Assembly: GCA_043228905.1 (NCBI GenBank)
Contig: JBHGNT010000015.1
Location: 18,724,001-18,788,000, forward strand
Length of the DNA stretch: 64,000 nucleotides
Source of the DNA: Azolla caroliniana
Lineage: Eukaryota > Plantae > Polypodiophyta
Direction of reading: 5' to 3'
Position numbers and translations under genes: made by a program. This document shows positions 11,330 through 25,000 of the stretch, piece by piece. Position 1 is the stretch's first letter. Each line of letters opens with the position of its first letter. The notes beneath the pieces were generated by a model. That model saw nothing but the letters and a program-made list of their open reading frames with translations. It did no database searches and was not told the origin of the DNA.

Positions 11330-11640
11330 AAAACATTTGTTGAACATTTATAGTCAATTCTCTTATGGCAAAGCTATTTTCATATGTACCAAAACTAAAA
11401 TGCTCAAATTAATAAGTCATATTTTTAATTGTGTATTGCAACATGGCGTTCCTCATGATCAAAGTGCAAATTGGATAAAACATTTACATAACTTGGGGGA
11501 GACATAAATCATGTAAGCAATTATTGGACAATGATGCTTGGTTCTCTGATGGCAAATCTATTTGGATGTAATATCAAAGCTAAGTTTTCGAAAACACCAT
11601 CAATTGATAAACACCTTATCATTCTTGGAGTTAATTGCTC
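11330..11640 (+). mobile_element. Degenerate LINE RT fragment
   Basis: ISHIFNCVLQHGVP..WIKHLH..NYWTMM resembles LAHIFNRAM..SNYRTIMIG of the LINE at 21.9-22.1 kb. Confidence 0.55.
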
Positions 11641-12815
11641 TTCTCTTTCCCCATATTCGATTTGCCCTCTCTAATTCACTCTCTCTCTCTCTCAAAATAT
11701 CAAAGTTACTGCTTTACTCTAGCCTTACACTAGTCACTTATAAGAGTTATTATTTTTGTTTTGTTCTTTCTTGCTATTGAATTTGCGTGTTTAGATTATG
11801 TCCAATTATATGTAAGTTGTCTCTTAATTAATTTGTCATTGTGCAAGAGGTTAATAGAGTTCATCTTAGTGATTATGTGTTTTTAAATTGGTTAGGAATG
11901 ATTGATGACGATTCCTTCTTGGGTTACTGCAATACAATGCTCATGCAATGCATCACATGGCTTTGGGAACTTTGACACGAAGAATCCAAACTTTTCATTT
12001 ACCATGTATACAACTTTCGACCTTTTTAGAACTTGCCATATATACAACTCAAAATCATCATGTCTTACTGGATTTTAGTTTGATACTCATGCCAATACTA
12101 TGTATTCGACATTGTATCCACTCGAATTGACTTTTCAATTGTCCAGCTAAATCTCATTGGATAGTTTCCACAATATTACGCAGTGGATGGCCACATAAAT
12201 AGATATCTCTTGCTTTGATGTGTCAATTTGTTCACATCCTCTTACATCTGGTTTAAATGAACAAATCTTTGACTAATACAGCATGCCAATGTTGAGCTTT
12301 TAGCACTGCTCTTTCTTTGATTCTTATAGGATATTACCCATTGTATTTCGATCCTTGGGTGTGACTAGGTCATTTCCTATACATTTCATGGATAGGAATA
12401 TGTAGCTACTGTCAAACTTCCTTTATTTTCTAAGTTGCAGCACCCTTACACTTTGTATTTTGCATTTACTTTCTAATGCAACAATTTCAGCAAATTAAAC
12501 CCTAAACTATTCCACATCTATCTTCACTAACCCCTGGATATATAGTTATATGTGGAACCTCCAAACCAAAGGAATGATATTTTGATTCAATTTCCAATTT
12601 TTGGAAACTTTGAAACACTTTTCTTCTATTTACATGTCCCTTGTCTTCAATCACAGGGGTAGCCATATATAACGAGAAAGAAGAAAACATCTCAAAGGAA
12701 CCCATTGCCCTAGCTTTTGCTTCAAATGCAAATGATTTAACAAAACTATGTTACATAGTGAACAAAAAAATTTGAAAATCAATCATATGACCTTACAACC
12801 CTACACAAATATTTA

Positions 12816-13004
12816 TCATGTCAATATGGGACCATAAGGATATGTAAGCCATGGATGCTTTAAGGCTTCAGATGCGGTTGGTCGATTTTCCGGGTGTATC
12901 TGAAGAAGATATGCTACAAAGTCAACAAACCCTTGATCTCCAGCAGGTATCCGATGTCTTAATGAAGTTTTCTTTGGAACCACATATTCAAGCATGTCGG
13001 TTGT
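12816..13004 (-). CDS. DYRKP: DYRKP exon 7 (last)
   Basis: catcag|ACA acceptor; KKTSLRHRIPAGDQGFVDFV..ALKHPWL..stop. Confidence 0.9.
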   Translation of the reverse strand, partial: TTDMLEYVVPKKTSLRHRIPAGDQGFVDFVAYLLQIHPENRPTASEALKHPWLTYPYGPILT

Positions 13005-16000
13005 CTGATGAAACATCCAAAAAAAACAATAAGGGTCCAAGATTCATTGTAGTAAAAATATCCCAAACCTAATAAGCATTTTGTGAATAATTGCAGTAAA
13101 TATTTCAGAATAACTATAGAAACACCCACAAATTCAAATTAAAAATCAGGCAGAAGTTATTTTTTGGTGCTAATCCAAAAAATAGTAAATTATAAGAACA
13201 GATCAGACTTGCGTCTTTATAATACGAATTATTGTAAATATTATTTCCAAAAAGTTATTGAAACATCTAGCCACAAAAAAAACATTATGCAGAAGTTTTG
13301 TAAGCTTGTAAAATAATATTCAGGTCAACACTGTGCAAGCATTCCAGATGACGAAATTTTGTTATCCTTGGTAATCTCACTATGGTAGAAATGAGGGAAT
13401 AGTTGGATATAACCAAGAAGCCATGAAATGGAGTATCACATGACCATACACCGTAATTATGTTCTCTGTTGCTCATAAACAGTATCCAGTGGTCATATTG
13501 TGTCATACTTTAATTCTTTGTAATAAGTTTTCACACTTGTTTGGTTGAAATATAAAACAATACCATTTAGTTAAAAGAGTGGTTTTAAGCTTAGTTTACT
13601 TCGGAAAATGCAAAATCTATTTAACTTAAAAACAAAGATATTCTATGAAAAATGACGATATTTTGAAGTACCTGATTTCTATCATAGAGCATAAAATTCT
13701 TAGTAAAATATTTGTGTGCTTCACGCCCTTTCAAAATCATATCAGGATCTATCGGACCAATAATTCCAACAACTCGTGCCAGCAATGTTGCTAAAGAGTC
13801 GTTCTGAAAGAGAACCTGAAAAGCAAGAACATTGATGAAAGTATAAACATGAGAGAAAGAAAAGCAAATAAACATCTCTAAAGAGCTATAACGTTGTCAT
13901 AAGACCTGACTAACATAGAATTGTTTATTGTTAAATTTGTCAAATGTGCTCCACATTACAGTAAAGTTCAAATCCTTCTATAAAGATATGGTGATACCTT
14001 CCTTTGATCGCGTGATACAGGGAAATGACATACATAATGCTCTTCGAAGTTCAACTTCTTGATTAAAATTGGTAAATGCAATCCACTGAAGCTATTATGT
14101 GTCTAACGACCAGTCTCTATCCTTAATTGATGTATAAGTAAATAATTAAAAGATTAAAGAGAATGGATGGATGAAGGGTCATTAACCACATCAACCACCG
14201 ATGCACAAAGGACTAGAGATGAATACAAAACCCCATAAGCATCCCATACCACCAAATATGGCCTTCTTTATACCTCAGTAGTCAGCCAATAACAAATAAA
14301 AAATACAAGAATGTTGCCTCACTGGCAGAGTCTCAATTGCATCTTTGAGATGGCCTATTGAAGGGGGTATCTAGTTACCTTTATATGCCTAAATTCTATA
14401 GGCTGCAAAATCACCACATGCTGCCAATTGTCCTAGGTCTTTACGGGTTTATCTCAAGTCCGATTATTCCCAGTTTCTCACTTACTCTACCTTTCAATCC
14501 ATTACAATTTGTTCATAATGCCATGCCTTAACAGATGAGATAATGTTTAGACCTACCATATTGTTCCACAAAGGGCAAGTGAGGTTTGTATCCAATATAC
14601 TTGCTTGAATAATGAAACCATCTAAAAAACATTTGTAAGGACATCTAAACCACCTTTGTCCCTCTTTACGCTTTTGGATTGATTGAAATTCATTCCCTCT
14701 AGTCACATTAGTGTTATGTGTCATTTAATATTGTTCTCTATCCTAGTTGGAGCTAAAAATGGATAGTTAAGGCTAACATTCAAATAGTGCATCCATTTCT
14801 CTAAGGGAGGCTGTTTGTGCCTAACTTTCTCGTGGATATGCAGCCCTTAGTGCTCTCGAAAGACAATGTGCACATTTGCAGTTCCAAGAGCCATGAACTA
14901 AGCTGTGGTTATTTGATACACTTGTCACACCAACTCTTATCTATGGAGTAGAAACAAGGGGCAGAGTCTTAACAAGGCAAATCATTGGAAAGATTTGGAG
15001 AGACCTTTAGTGTTAATAATTGCCCATATGATAAGGAGCAAAGCATCGGTGCCCCATGATGGGAGCAGCCCCTATAATCACCGAGACATTGTTCCGATTA
15101 GTGACTTGTATCCAACGTCTTTGGGAGTTTCCTATACAAAGGCATTTATGTCATCAAGACAACTGACTGAAAATGGAGACATTCATTGTTAGTATGCTGA
15201 AATGCAGCAATGGTTCAAGACGCATGGCATAAGCATAAATGCACTACCCCCATTCCAATGTAGCTTGGACTGTCCCCATCTAAAAATGACCAAAGTGGAA
15301 AAGAATAGAGTGGTCCGAACTTAGCCCCAAAATATCACTTGGTACGAAGATGGCCCACTAAAAGAACCTTTTTACACACATTGGAGGGTGGATTCATTAT
15401 CAGGCCACGTTATATGGACATACACCTATCCTATGCATTGTGCAGTGTGATAGGACAGCTGCAAACTTCATCACATCAGTTACGGATTAAGGTAGGCAGA
15501 TATACACAAACATCCCTAGAAGAAAGAATTTGCAAATTGTGTCATGAAGGAGTGGAATCGAAAGAATACTATGTTTGCCACTGTAGTGTCTTCTATGAAA
15601 TAAGATGGAGATACCATTGCCTCTTTAAACAAGGCTTTGGCCCACTACGCAAGGTAATATGAGGACCAACAGTGCCTAGGACTTTTCTTGCTAGAACTCA
15701 AGAGAAATAGGGAAAAGTTGTTGAAGGACAATAGTACAAACACACAAGCCAATCCACAAAGAACAATAACAACTTTCTTTAGCCCATCACTCCGACAAAT
15801 GCTTCAAGTCAATCAAGGGATACACAAATGGGCTCTGGACCAAGACGTAATAAAGGGGTTACAATAGATCAGGCAATAGAAATTTGTCATGCACGTAGGC
15901 CCCGAACCCACGAACCACAACCTCACCACCCTTGTCATCAACAAATAAACGCCATTATTTCCCACCATCGCAGGTGGTTCCCTCGCTTGACCTCTCCATT

Positions 16001-19000
16001 CTGGATCGACCTATGCTAGTGATCTTTCAAAGAAAAGTTATAATACATATAACTTGAGAATCTCACATGTACCAAAAACCAGATTCTTTAGTCTTTTTTA
16101 AGTTTCTTATTTACTTAGTAATATTATTTTATTTTGATTTGTTGTCAAAGACAAGACAACACTTGTAATCTCTTGTTTGGTCTTATAGGCCCTTTTGGCC
16201 TCTTAACATACGTTAATATTTCTTTCTTTCTTTCTTTCTTTAAATTACTTACTTTCAGCCAAATCTGAGCCATTCTCGAGGTTCTAGATTAGGTTTCTCT
16301 ACCTCCAAAGAGAAACTAGATCAGACAATGATGGTGAGTTTATTTCACCTACTTTACATACCTTCCATTCGGAAAGAGGTATTGCTTCTCAACTTTCTGT
16401 CCCCAACTCTCCATAACAAAATGGAGTGGTAGAAAGGAAGAACAAGACAATCCAAGAAATGGCTCGAGCAATGTTGTCTCAATCTGATTTTCCTCTCGTC
16501 CTTTCAGATGAAACTGTCCACATAGCTATCTATCATCAATTGTTGTCCAACTCAGGCGGTTGCTGAAATGACCCCTGAAGAGGCATTTATAGGTCACAAA
16601 TGTCTCACCTTCAATTACAGAATTTGTCATGGAGGTCCCCGCTAACAATGGGCACGGTTTCTGCTCAAACCGAACTGAACCGTTAAGCCATGGTTTAACA
16701 GTTTATTGGTTCCAATAAAATTTAATGGTTTAGTTTGGTTTGGATTTTCGATAAACGGTTCAGTTCGGTTTTAAAACTCGGGTTTATAGGTTTTTGGTTA
16801 CCTTTTATTTTTAGATGAATAGTTTATTAATTTAATGGTTTAATTAATGGTTTTTTATTCATTTAATTAATTTAACTGAAATGTTTATTTAATTTAATGG
16901 TTCAATTAAAGTTTCTTTTATTGATTTAATAGATTTAACTTAAATCTTTATTTAATTTAATGTATTTTTATTTATTTGGATGTTAAATTAGTTTGACTTA
17001 AATGGTTAGGTTTAAATTTTTTGTTAAATGGTTCGATTTGGTTTCAACTTTTCCCTAAACGGTTTGGGTTTAAATTGTTTGGTTTAAATACTTGAGAGTT
17101 CATAAATGGTTTGGTTCGGTTTTTTCTTAAATAGTTAGGGGAACTTGGCAATGAAACCGAACCAAACCGAAACTGAACCGTGCCCATTGCTAGTCCCAGC
17201 TCTACAACTATTGCCAAGTTCCCCTATTCAACTATTGCATGTCTTTAAATGTAACTAATTTGATATCCTGACATACTAAGAGGGAGTGATAACTTAAGTG
17301 CCATACTTAAGACACCACCGAGAAGGTTGAGCTCATGTGTATGCTTTATTCACACATAGAGACTTTGTGCTTCAATGTATGAATACCCCTTTTTAGGAAG
17401 GAGACACACATCAAGAACACATGTATACTTTGGTCCCATAGGTCAAAATTGGCCTCTTTATGGACGACAAAAATTCTAATTCTAATTTCCTACTGTTCAC
17501 AATCCTACCCATCCACGTCAACTTCCACAATGACTACAAACCCTTCATGATTCACATCTTTCTAATGTTGATCTTCATCAACATACAACTAGCAATTGGT
17601 AACGGTTCGCATAACCACAGAACCGTGGCATAGCGGCTAAAAGGTTAAACGGTTCGGTTCAAGTTGGAATTTTCTTAAACAGTTCGTTTTGGGTTCAATT
17701 CAGTTTGAAGTCTCAAGAATTTGGTTTGAGCCTTTATCTATCTGAAACCATGGTTTAAACAGGTAAAGTTCTAGGGTTGACACTTTCTAAAATTCTTGAG
17801 TATTTTCTTCAACAACCTTTAAATTTTGAATCTTGATTTGAACATTTGTATATTGAACTAACATGAAAACTGAAACCGTGGTTTAACAGCTTAATGGTTC
17901 AGAAATCTCCAGAGCTGTTTGGTTTGAGTTTGGATTTTCTATAGCAGTTCGGCTTGACCAGTTTCGTGGTTCGCTTCAACTCAATCTAACTTTCAATTGT
18001 TTTCAAATGGTTTTTGAGTTTGAGACTTCCAAACCGAGCAAAACTGAGCCCTTGTTGACAGCTACATGCAACCACCATGTCTACACCAATCACAGGAGTT
18101 CATAAATCCCAACAAGTTGGCAATATGTGCAACCTTGGCTTAGTATGTAATGTACTACAAACACATGGTCCTAGTAGAGCAAAGGAAGCCCTTGATTTTC
18201 TTAAATGGAAGGCAGACATGGAGGTAGAGCTCAATTCCATTGAGAGAAATCACACATGGGAATTAATTCCATGTCAAGACAGACAAGTTAATTATCTGAA
18301 GTGAATATTCAAAACCAAATACCATGCAAAAGATACATTGGAGAAACACAAGGATTGAGTAGTGTAAAATGATACTCCCAAGTGGTAGGAGTGAGCTATG
18401 AGATGGCATTTACTCCAACAGAAAAGTATACGTCTATCCGATGTGGACTACAACTTGGCTCTACGATCAGATATCAGTTAGATCTCAACTCATCTCGGCA
18501 ATTGGCTATCAACCATCAGCCCAATTATCTCTCAGCTATAGATAGCAATTCAGCTCAGCAATCAGTCATCACTCAGCTCTCAACTCATCTCAACTATTGG
18601 CTATCGACCATTGGCCCGGTTATAGTTCAGCTCTCAACTCATTTCGGTGATCTGCCCTCTCAGCTCTTGGTTCATCTTTACAATAGCTCAGAACTCGCAT
18701 CCTCTTGCAAGTATCCCTTTTCCTACCTAAGTAATGGAATATGAGAACCAACAGTGCCAAGGGCTTTTCTTGCTAAACCTAAAGGACAACAATACAGCCA
18801 CACACACTCATCCACAAAGGACAATCACAAGTTTTTTTAGCCCCATTACTCCTATTAAAGCTACAAGTCAATCAAGGGCCACCCCACATGAAGGACACGA
18901 GCCTTCCTATTTTCCTCTTCTTCCAATGCTACATTCATCAATTCTGCCTTGGCCATAGGTATTGTTTTCTTCTTTTTAGCTACTTCTATCCAATGTCCAT

Positions 19001-22000
19001 TTTATTTTATTCTTTTTTGCGCATCCTTCGTCGATTCTGCCCTTGTTGACATTTCCTTCTCTACATTATCTTCCATTATGGCTTATATCATATGCATCGA
19101 TTGGTGATGATGGTAAATTTGGCCTCATTAAAATAATTTTTGCTTTTGCAGCCTTAGGAGCCATGACTCAATTAGTTTGCAAGTTATGAGCTTTGGTAGC
19201 CATGTTTATTTGTGTTTTGCGATCCTTTGCGTTTTCCGCAATGGCCATGTCTATCTGCATTTTCTGATCCTTTGCGTTTTCTGCAATAGCCCTGTCTATC
19301 TGCATTTTCTCTGCATTTTCTGCCAAGTCTGATCCTCTGTGTTTTCTGCGAACCCTTTGACTTCTGCATTTCATACCATGTACCTGCTGTCCTAAGACAA
19401 ACACCATGGAGTCTGAATGGACAAAAAATGAAGCTATGGAGCTCAACACCCACGAAGAGGGTCCAAATACATGGAAGACTCCATGAAGATACCATAGACG
19501 AAAAGGACGGGATGGAAACACCTCGAACTGCGTTAAAAGGGCGCACAAGACACCCAAAATGCAAGCTTCATTAGACATTCCCATTGATCTTGAAAAGGGG
19601 AAACATGATCTATTATGCCATTTGATCACACAAGAGATCAATCTCATCAAAGAGGAGATAGAAAGAGAACTAAAAGAAGAAATGAAAAAGGAGGTAGAAA
19701 AACAAAAAACAGAGTTGTATGTCTCTCTCAAGATTGAGTTATTTGAAGAGATGTGAAAAGACATAACAAGCCATGTCAAGAAATTAAAATTAGAGCTTAA
19801 GGAAGACATGACACAATACCTTAAGGATGAAATATCCTCAAAAAAGGTTCAATTAGTATCTATAAAGGACAAGAAGTTGTGGAAAAATGCATCTCTACCA
19901 TTAAAACTAGTATCACTAAGGAAATGCAAACATGGGTAGACATGGCAAAAAAGACCAAAGCTCACGCTGAGCATGCCCAAAAAGAAATTAAAGCAAATGC
20001 TCCTTGGATAGATGTAGTGAAAAAACAAGAAGGAACATCAGTGAATAGGATGGAAATGATTAATGCTACATTAGAAGAAGGAGCCAAGAGGAATGCCCAT
20101 GCGTTGCATGTACGAGTGGTTGGTTGGGCAAAAAAAGGAAGCCCACAAGAAGATGCCAAGAATCTCGGAACAAAGATTAGAGCATTAGATATTCCATTTG
20201 CTTCAGCATGGAGGGTGGGAAGAGATGAGTCTAGAGCTAAACCCCTTATTATACACTTCATGGATATCGACAAGAAAAAAGCTTTCCTATCTAAAAGAAG
20301 GGCACTCAAGGGTGAGAGAATATACTTAGATGATGATCTCACTCCAGCTTAAGTTGCACACCGCAAAGAGAACATGCACGAGTGCTTGATGCAAGAAAGG
20401 AAGGCAAATGGGTTGTATATAGAGATGGTAAGGCCATTATTACAAAGAAAACCTCATGACAATATATGGCCTATGAGACCCTACGCATGACTATATGGAA
20501 TTGCAACGGATCTCTACGGACAGATGTCAGATATTTTGAAGATACCTTCAAAAACACAGATATTGCTATGTATAGAGAGACCCATCAATGCATGCCTAGC
20601 AAACTCCGTAATGTACAAGGATATAGATGGGAGTCCATATGTCGTCCCCTACCTCGGACACCGGGAAACACTAGAGGTTCAGGAGGAGTGGCGGTGTTAT
20701 ACAAAAAGGAGCTCCATGATAGAGTGCATGTTGTACATAAGGACGTAGATGCACGTTACATGTGGATACAAATCAAAAGAAGGGATCTTAGGGAGCTATA
20801 TATTGCAATTTGCTACTTCCACATGCCTACTCAAGGTTTGCACCTATCAGTGAATCACCATATCTACCATTATATGATGATATCATGAGATTTGCTACTA
20901 TGGGGGACATAATACTATTAGGTGACTTTAATGCGTGAACCAAGGATGAACAAACAACAATGTTTGACGCCAACAAGGCTGTTTATGGAGAAGTTATGGC
21001 AGAAGAGGTTGGTCTAAAGCACCAAGCTCAAGATATGAGAGCCATAACTGACTATGGAAAACACTTTCTAGCCTTGGGAAGTGCGCATGGATTTGTGATA
21101 TATAATGGATTGTCACAATGACCTGGGTCAGATGTTTTAACATGTTGGAACCCAAAAGGAGGTGCAAGCACAGTCGATTATCTAATGGGATCTCCATCTC
21201 TCATACCTGAAATAAAAGAGTTCACTATATCTAGTCAACCTATTGGCTTGGCAGCAGATCATGCATATCTACGCTTCAAGATAACAAATGGATGCACAAG
21301 GGATGTATATGCTAAGGAGAGTGGGCTGGCTAAGAATCAATTTACTCGCAAGACAATTGATGTGTATAGTTGTGGAGTATACAATGGCATGCTAGATTTG
21401 GATCCTTTCACAACCCTTGAGGAACTTACCCAAGGATTGTCAAAATCATTGCATGAAGCAGCCACAAATGCCTTTCCTCACACAACGGCCAATCCCCCCA
21501 AACTTGGTAGAGTAATACAAAATAGTTGGTATGATGCGGAATGTCGTGATACAAGGAAATGCTTGCAGCGTGAAGTAACTTAGGGCACTTATACACACAA
21601 ACAAGCGAGAGCAACCTTTAAAACGCCTCGTAAGGAAGAAGAAGAGATTGTATTTAGCTAAATTTGAAGATCATCTATATCGCTTGTTTCTAGAACAAGA
21701 AAATAAAGGAGTATGGAAAATGTTTAAAGAGAGGCAACCTACCACACCCGTGACCTCACCTCAGATGTGGCAAGAATATGCAAAGGGCCTATATGATATC
21801 CCAAGACAACCTCCTCTTCCCCAACCACATGATTCACGCCCACATGAATCCACCTTTTTTACTCCGCAACATGTAAGAAATGCCATTGATCAGTTACAAT
21901 TTGGGAAGGCCCACGATCATGATGGATTGGTTGGTGAGCACTTTATCTATGCCCGTGACACATTGCTCCCATTGCTAGCACACATCTTTAATAGAGCCAT

Positions 22001-25000
22001 GTGTGACGATTTCCCTACTAGATGGACAAAACATACCATTGTGCCAATCCTCAAGAGTGGAGATCCCATGATGCCAAGCAACTATAGGACAATCATGATT
22101 GGCCACTACTTGGCTAAACTATATGGCTAGACTCTAGAATCAGAATTGAGTATATGGGCAGGGCATAATGGTTGCCGTTCAGCTGGACAGACAGGGTTTT
22201 GGAAGGGTTTCACAACTCTGGATCACATATTGACCTTCCAAGCCCTTATCAAGGAGGGCAGAGTCCATAATAAAAGGATCTATTGCTGCTTTGTGGATTT
22301 CCGAAAAGACAATGTGCACATTTGCCGAACTAAGTTTTGGTTATTTGATACACTCGTCACACCAACTCTTTCTCTATGGAGTAGAAACATGGGGACCGAG
22401 TCTTAACAAGGCAAATCATTGGAAAGATTTAGAGAGACCACTAGTGTCAATGATTGCTCACATGATAAGGAGCAACGCATCGGTGCCCCATGATATAATC
22501 CGCGCGGAGATGGAAGCAGCACCTATAATCACCGAGGCATTGTTCCAATCAGTGACATTTATCCAACGTCTTTGGGAGCTCCCTAAACGAAGGTACCCAA
22601 GGTTGGCACTTACGTCATCAAGACAACTGGCTGAAAATGGAGACATTCATTGTTGGTATGCTGAAATGCAGCAATGGTTCGAGTCACATGGCATTAGTAT
22701 AAATGCACTACCTGTGAGAAAAGCTGTTAATAGCAGCAGCGGAAGACTTAAAACAAAATAGGCACAGCCAAGCTGTGAGAAGGCTGTTAGACAGCAGTAG
22801 AAAAAATGGTTGCAAAGAGTAGAGACACAGCCAAGGAATAGAGCTTGTTTTAAGTAGCAAAAAAGAAAATGAAAACTATACAAAAGAGGCTGGTATAGCC
22901 TATTTATACAAAATTGGGGAATGTGGGTGAAATGGCTGTTTGGTAGTTAAGTGACTCTTGTACTACCAAACAGGTACAAAAAACTAGGAATAAAAGGGAA
23001 TATCTTGGAAAAGGTAGAAGAGAGAAAAGGCATTTAAAGCATTGCAGATTCTAGAGAGAGAATGCATTTAAAGAATTGCAGATTCTAGAGAGAGAAGAAT
23101 CTGAGAAAAGAGAGAATGTAGTACAGAGATAATAAATATGAAAGAGAGTGCAGGTCTGGAGCTGCCACCCTCCAACACTACCCCCATTCCAATATAGCTT
23201 GGACTCTCCCCATCTAAATATGAAATATAGCTTCATCACATCAGCCAGAGATTGAGGTAGGCAGATATACACGAATACCTCTAGAAGAAAGAATTTGCCA
23301 ATTGTGTCATCAAGGAGTGGAATCCGAAGAACACTATGTTTGTCATTGTAGTGTGTTTTATGAAATCAGAGGGACATACCATTGCCTCTTTAAACAAGGC
23401 TTTGGCCCGCTACGCAAGTTAATGGAATATGCGGACCAACGGTGCCTAGGACTTTTCTTGCTAGAACTCAAGAGACATAGGGAAAAGTTGTTGAAGGCCA
23501 ATAATACAGCGACACAAGCTCATCCACATAGGACAATCACAACTTTCTTTAGGCCCATCACTCCTACTAATGCTACGAATCAATCAAGGGATACACAAAT
23601 GGGTTCCCGACCAGGACAGAACAAAGGGGTTACAATAGATGGGGCAATAGCAATTTGTCGTGCACATAAGCCCCGGCCCCATGGACCATGACTGCAGCAC
23701 CCTTGTCATCGATAGATAAAGGCCATTATCTCCCATCATCGCAGGTGCTTCCCTCGCTTCGGAGACCTCTCCATTCTGGATCGACCTATGCTAGTGACCT
23801 TTTGAAGACAAAAGTTACAATATGTCTAACTTGAGAATCTCACATGTGCCGAAAACCAGATTCCCTCGTCTGTTTTTATCTTATTTACTTTTATATTTAC
23901 TTGAGTACTACTTATTCTATTTTGATTTGTTGTTCTCAAAGACGAGACAACACTTAAGATGCAATCTCTTGTTTGTTCTTATCGACCATTTTGGCCTCTT
24001 AAAAGACGTTTATATATCTTTCTTTCTTTCTCCCTAATTTCTAACCTAATTACTTGTCCAAAGATAAAAGTTTTTATTACTTTGAATTATATCCCTTTTC
24101 ATTAGATTCATCTTTTGTCCCAAATTAAAGGATCAAAGCATCAATGCCCCGCGATATAATCCGGGCAGAGATGGGAGCAGCACACATAATCATCAAGGCA
24201 TTATTACGATCAATGACCTGTATCCAATGGCTTTGGGAGCACCCTAAACAACGGTACTCAAGGTTGGCACTGTCATCAAAACAACTTGCTGAACATGAAA
24301 GCATTTATTGTCAGTATGCTGAAATGTAACAATGGTTCAAGTCACATGGCATAAGCGTAAATGCACCACCCCTATTCCAATATAGCTTGCATTGTCCCCA
24401 TCTAAACATGAATTGATGTTAGTAACTTTGAAAACAAGATAACATGGATCATATCCATGCATATCTCCCTACCTCAATCTCTAACTGATGTGATGAAGTT
24501 CGCAACTACCCTATCACATTGTGTAGTGCATAGGATATATCTATGTCCATATAAGATGGTCCAATGATGAATCCATCCTGTAACGTGTGTAAGTGAGTGT
24601 TATAATGAGCAATCTTCTACTGAGTGGTATTTTGGAATACGAGGACCAACGGTGCTTGGGGCTATTCTTGCTAGAACTGAAGAGACACAAGGAGAAGTTG
24701 AAGGACAACAATACAACTACACAAGCCTATCACAAAGAACAATCACAACTTTCTTTAGCCCCATCACTCCTACCCATGCTACAACTGCGCTCCTGACCAG
24801 GACATAGCGAAGAGGTTACAATAGATTGGGCAATAGCAATTGCCTGTGCACGTACGCCCCGGCCTTATGGACCATGATCTCATCACCACCCTTGTCATCA
24901 ACAAATAAAGGCCATTATCTCCCGCCATTGGCAATGTTTCCCTTGCTTCAGAGATGTTTCCATTCTGGATCGACCTATGCTAGAGACCTTTTGAAGACAA

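Larger units (their letters stand above)
16260..18445 (+). mobile_element. Copia integrase/RT remnant interrupted by two MITEs
   Basis: NGVVERKNKTIQEMARAML at ~16420-16480; WKADMEVELNSIERNHTWELIP at ~18205. Confidence 0.75.
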
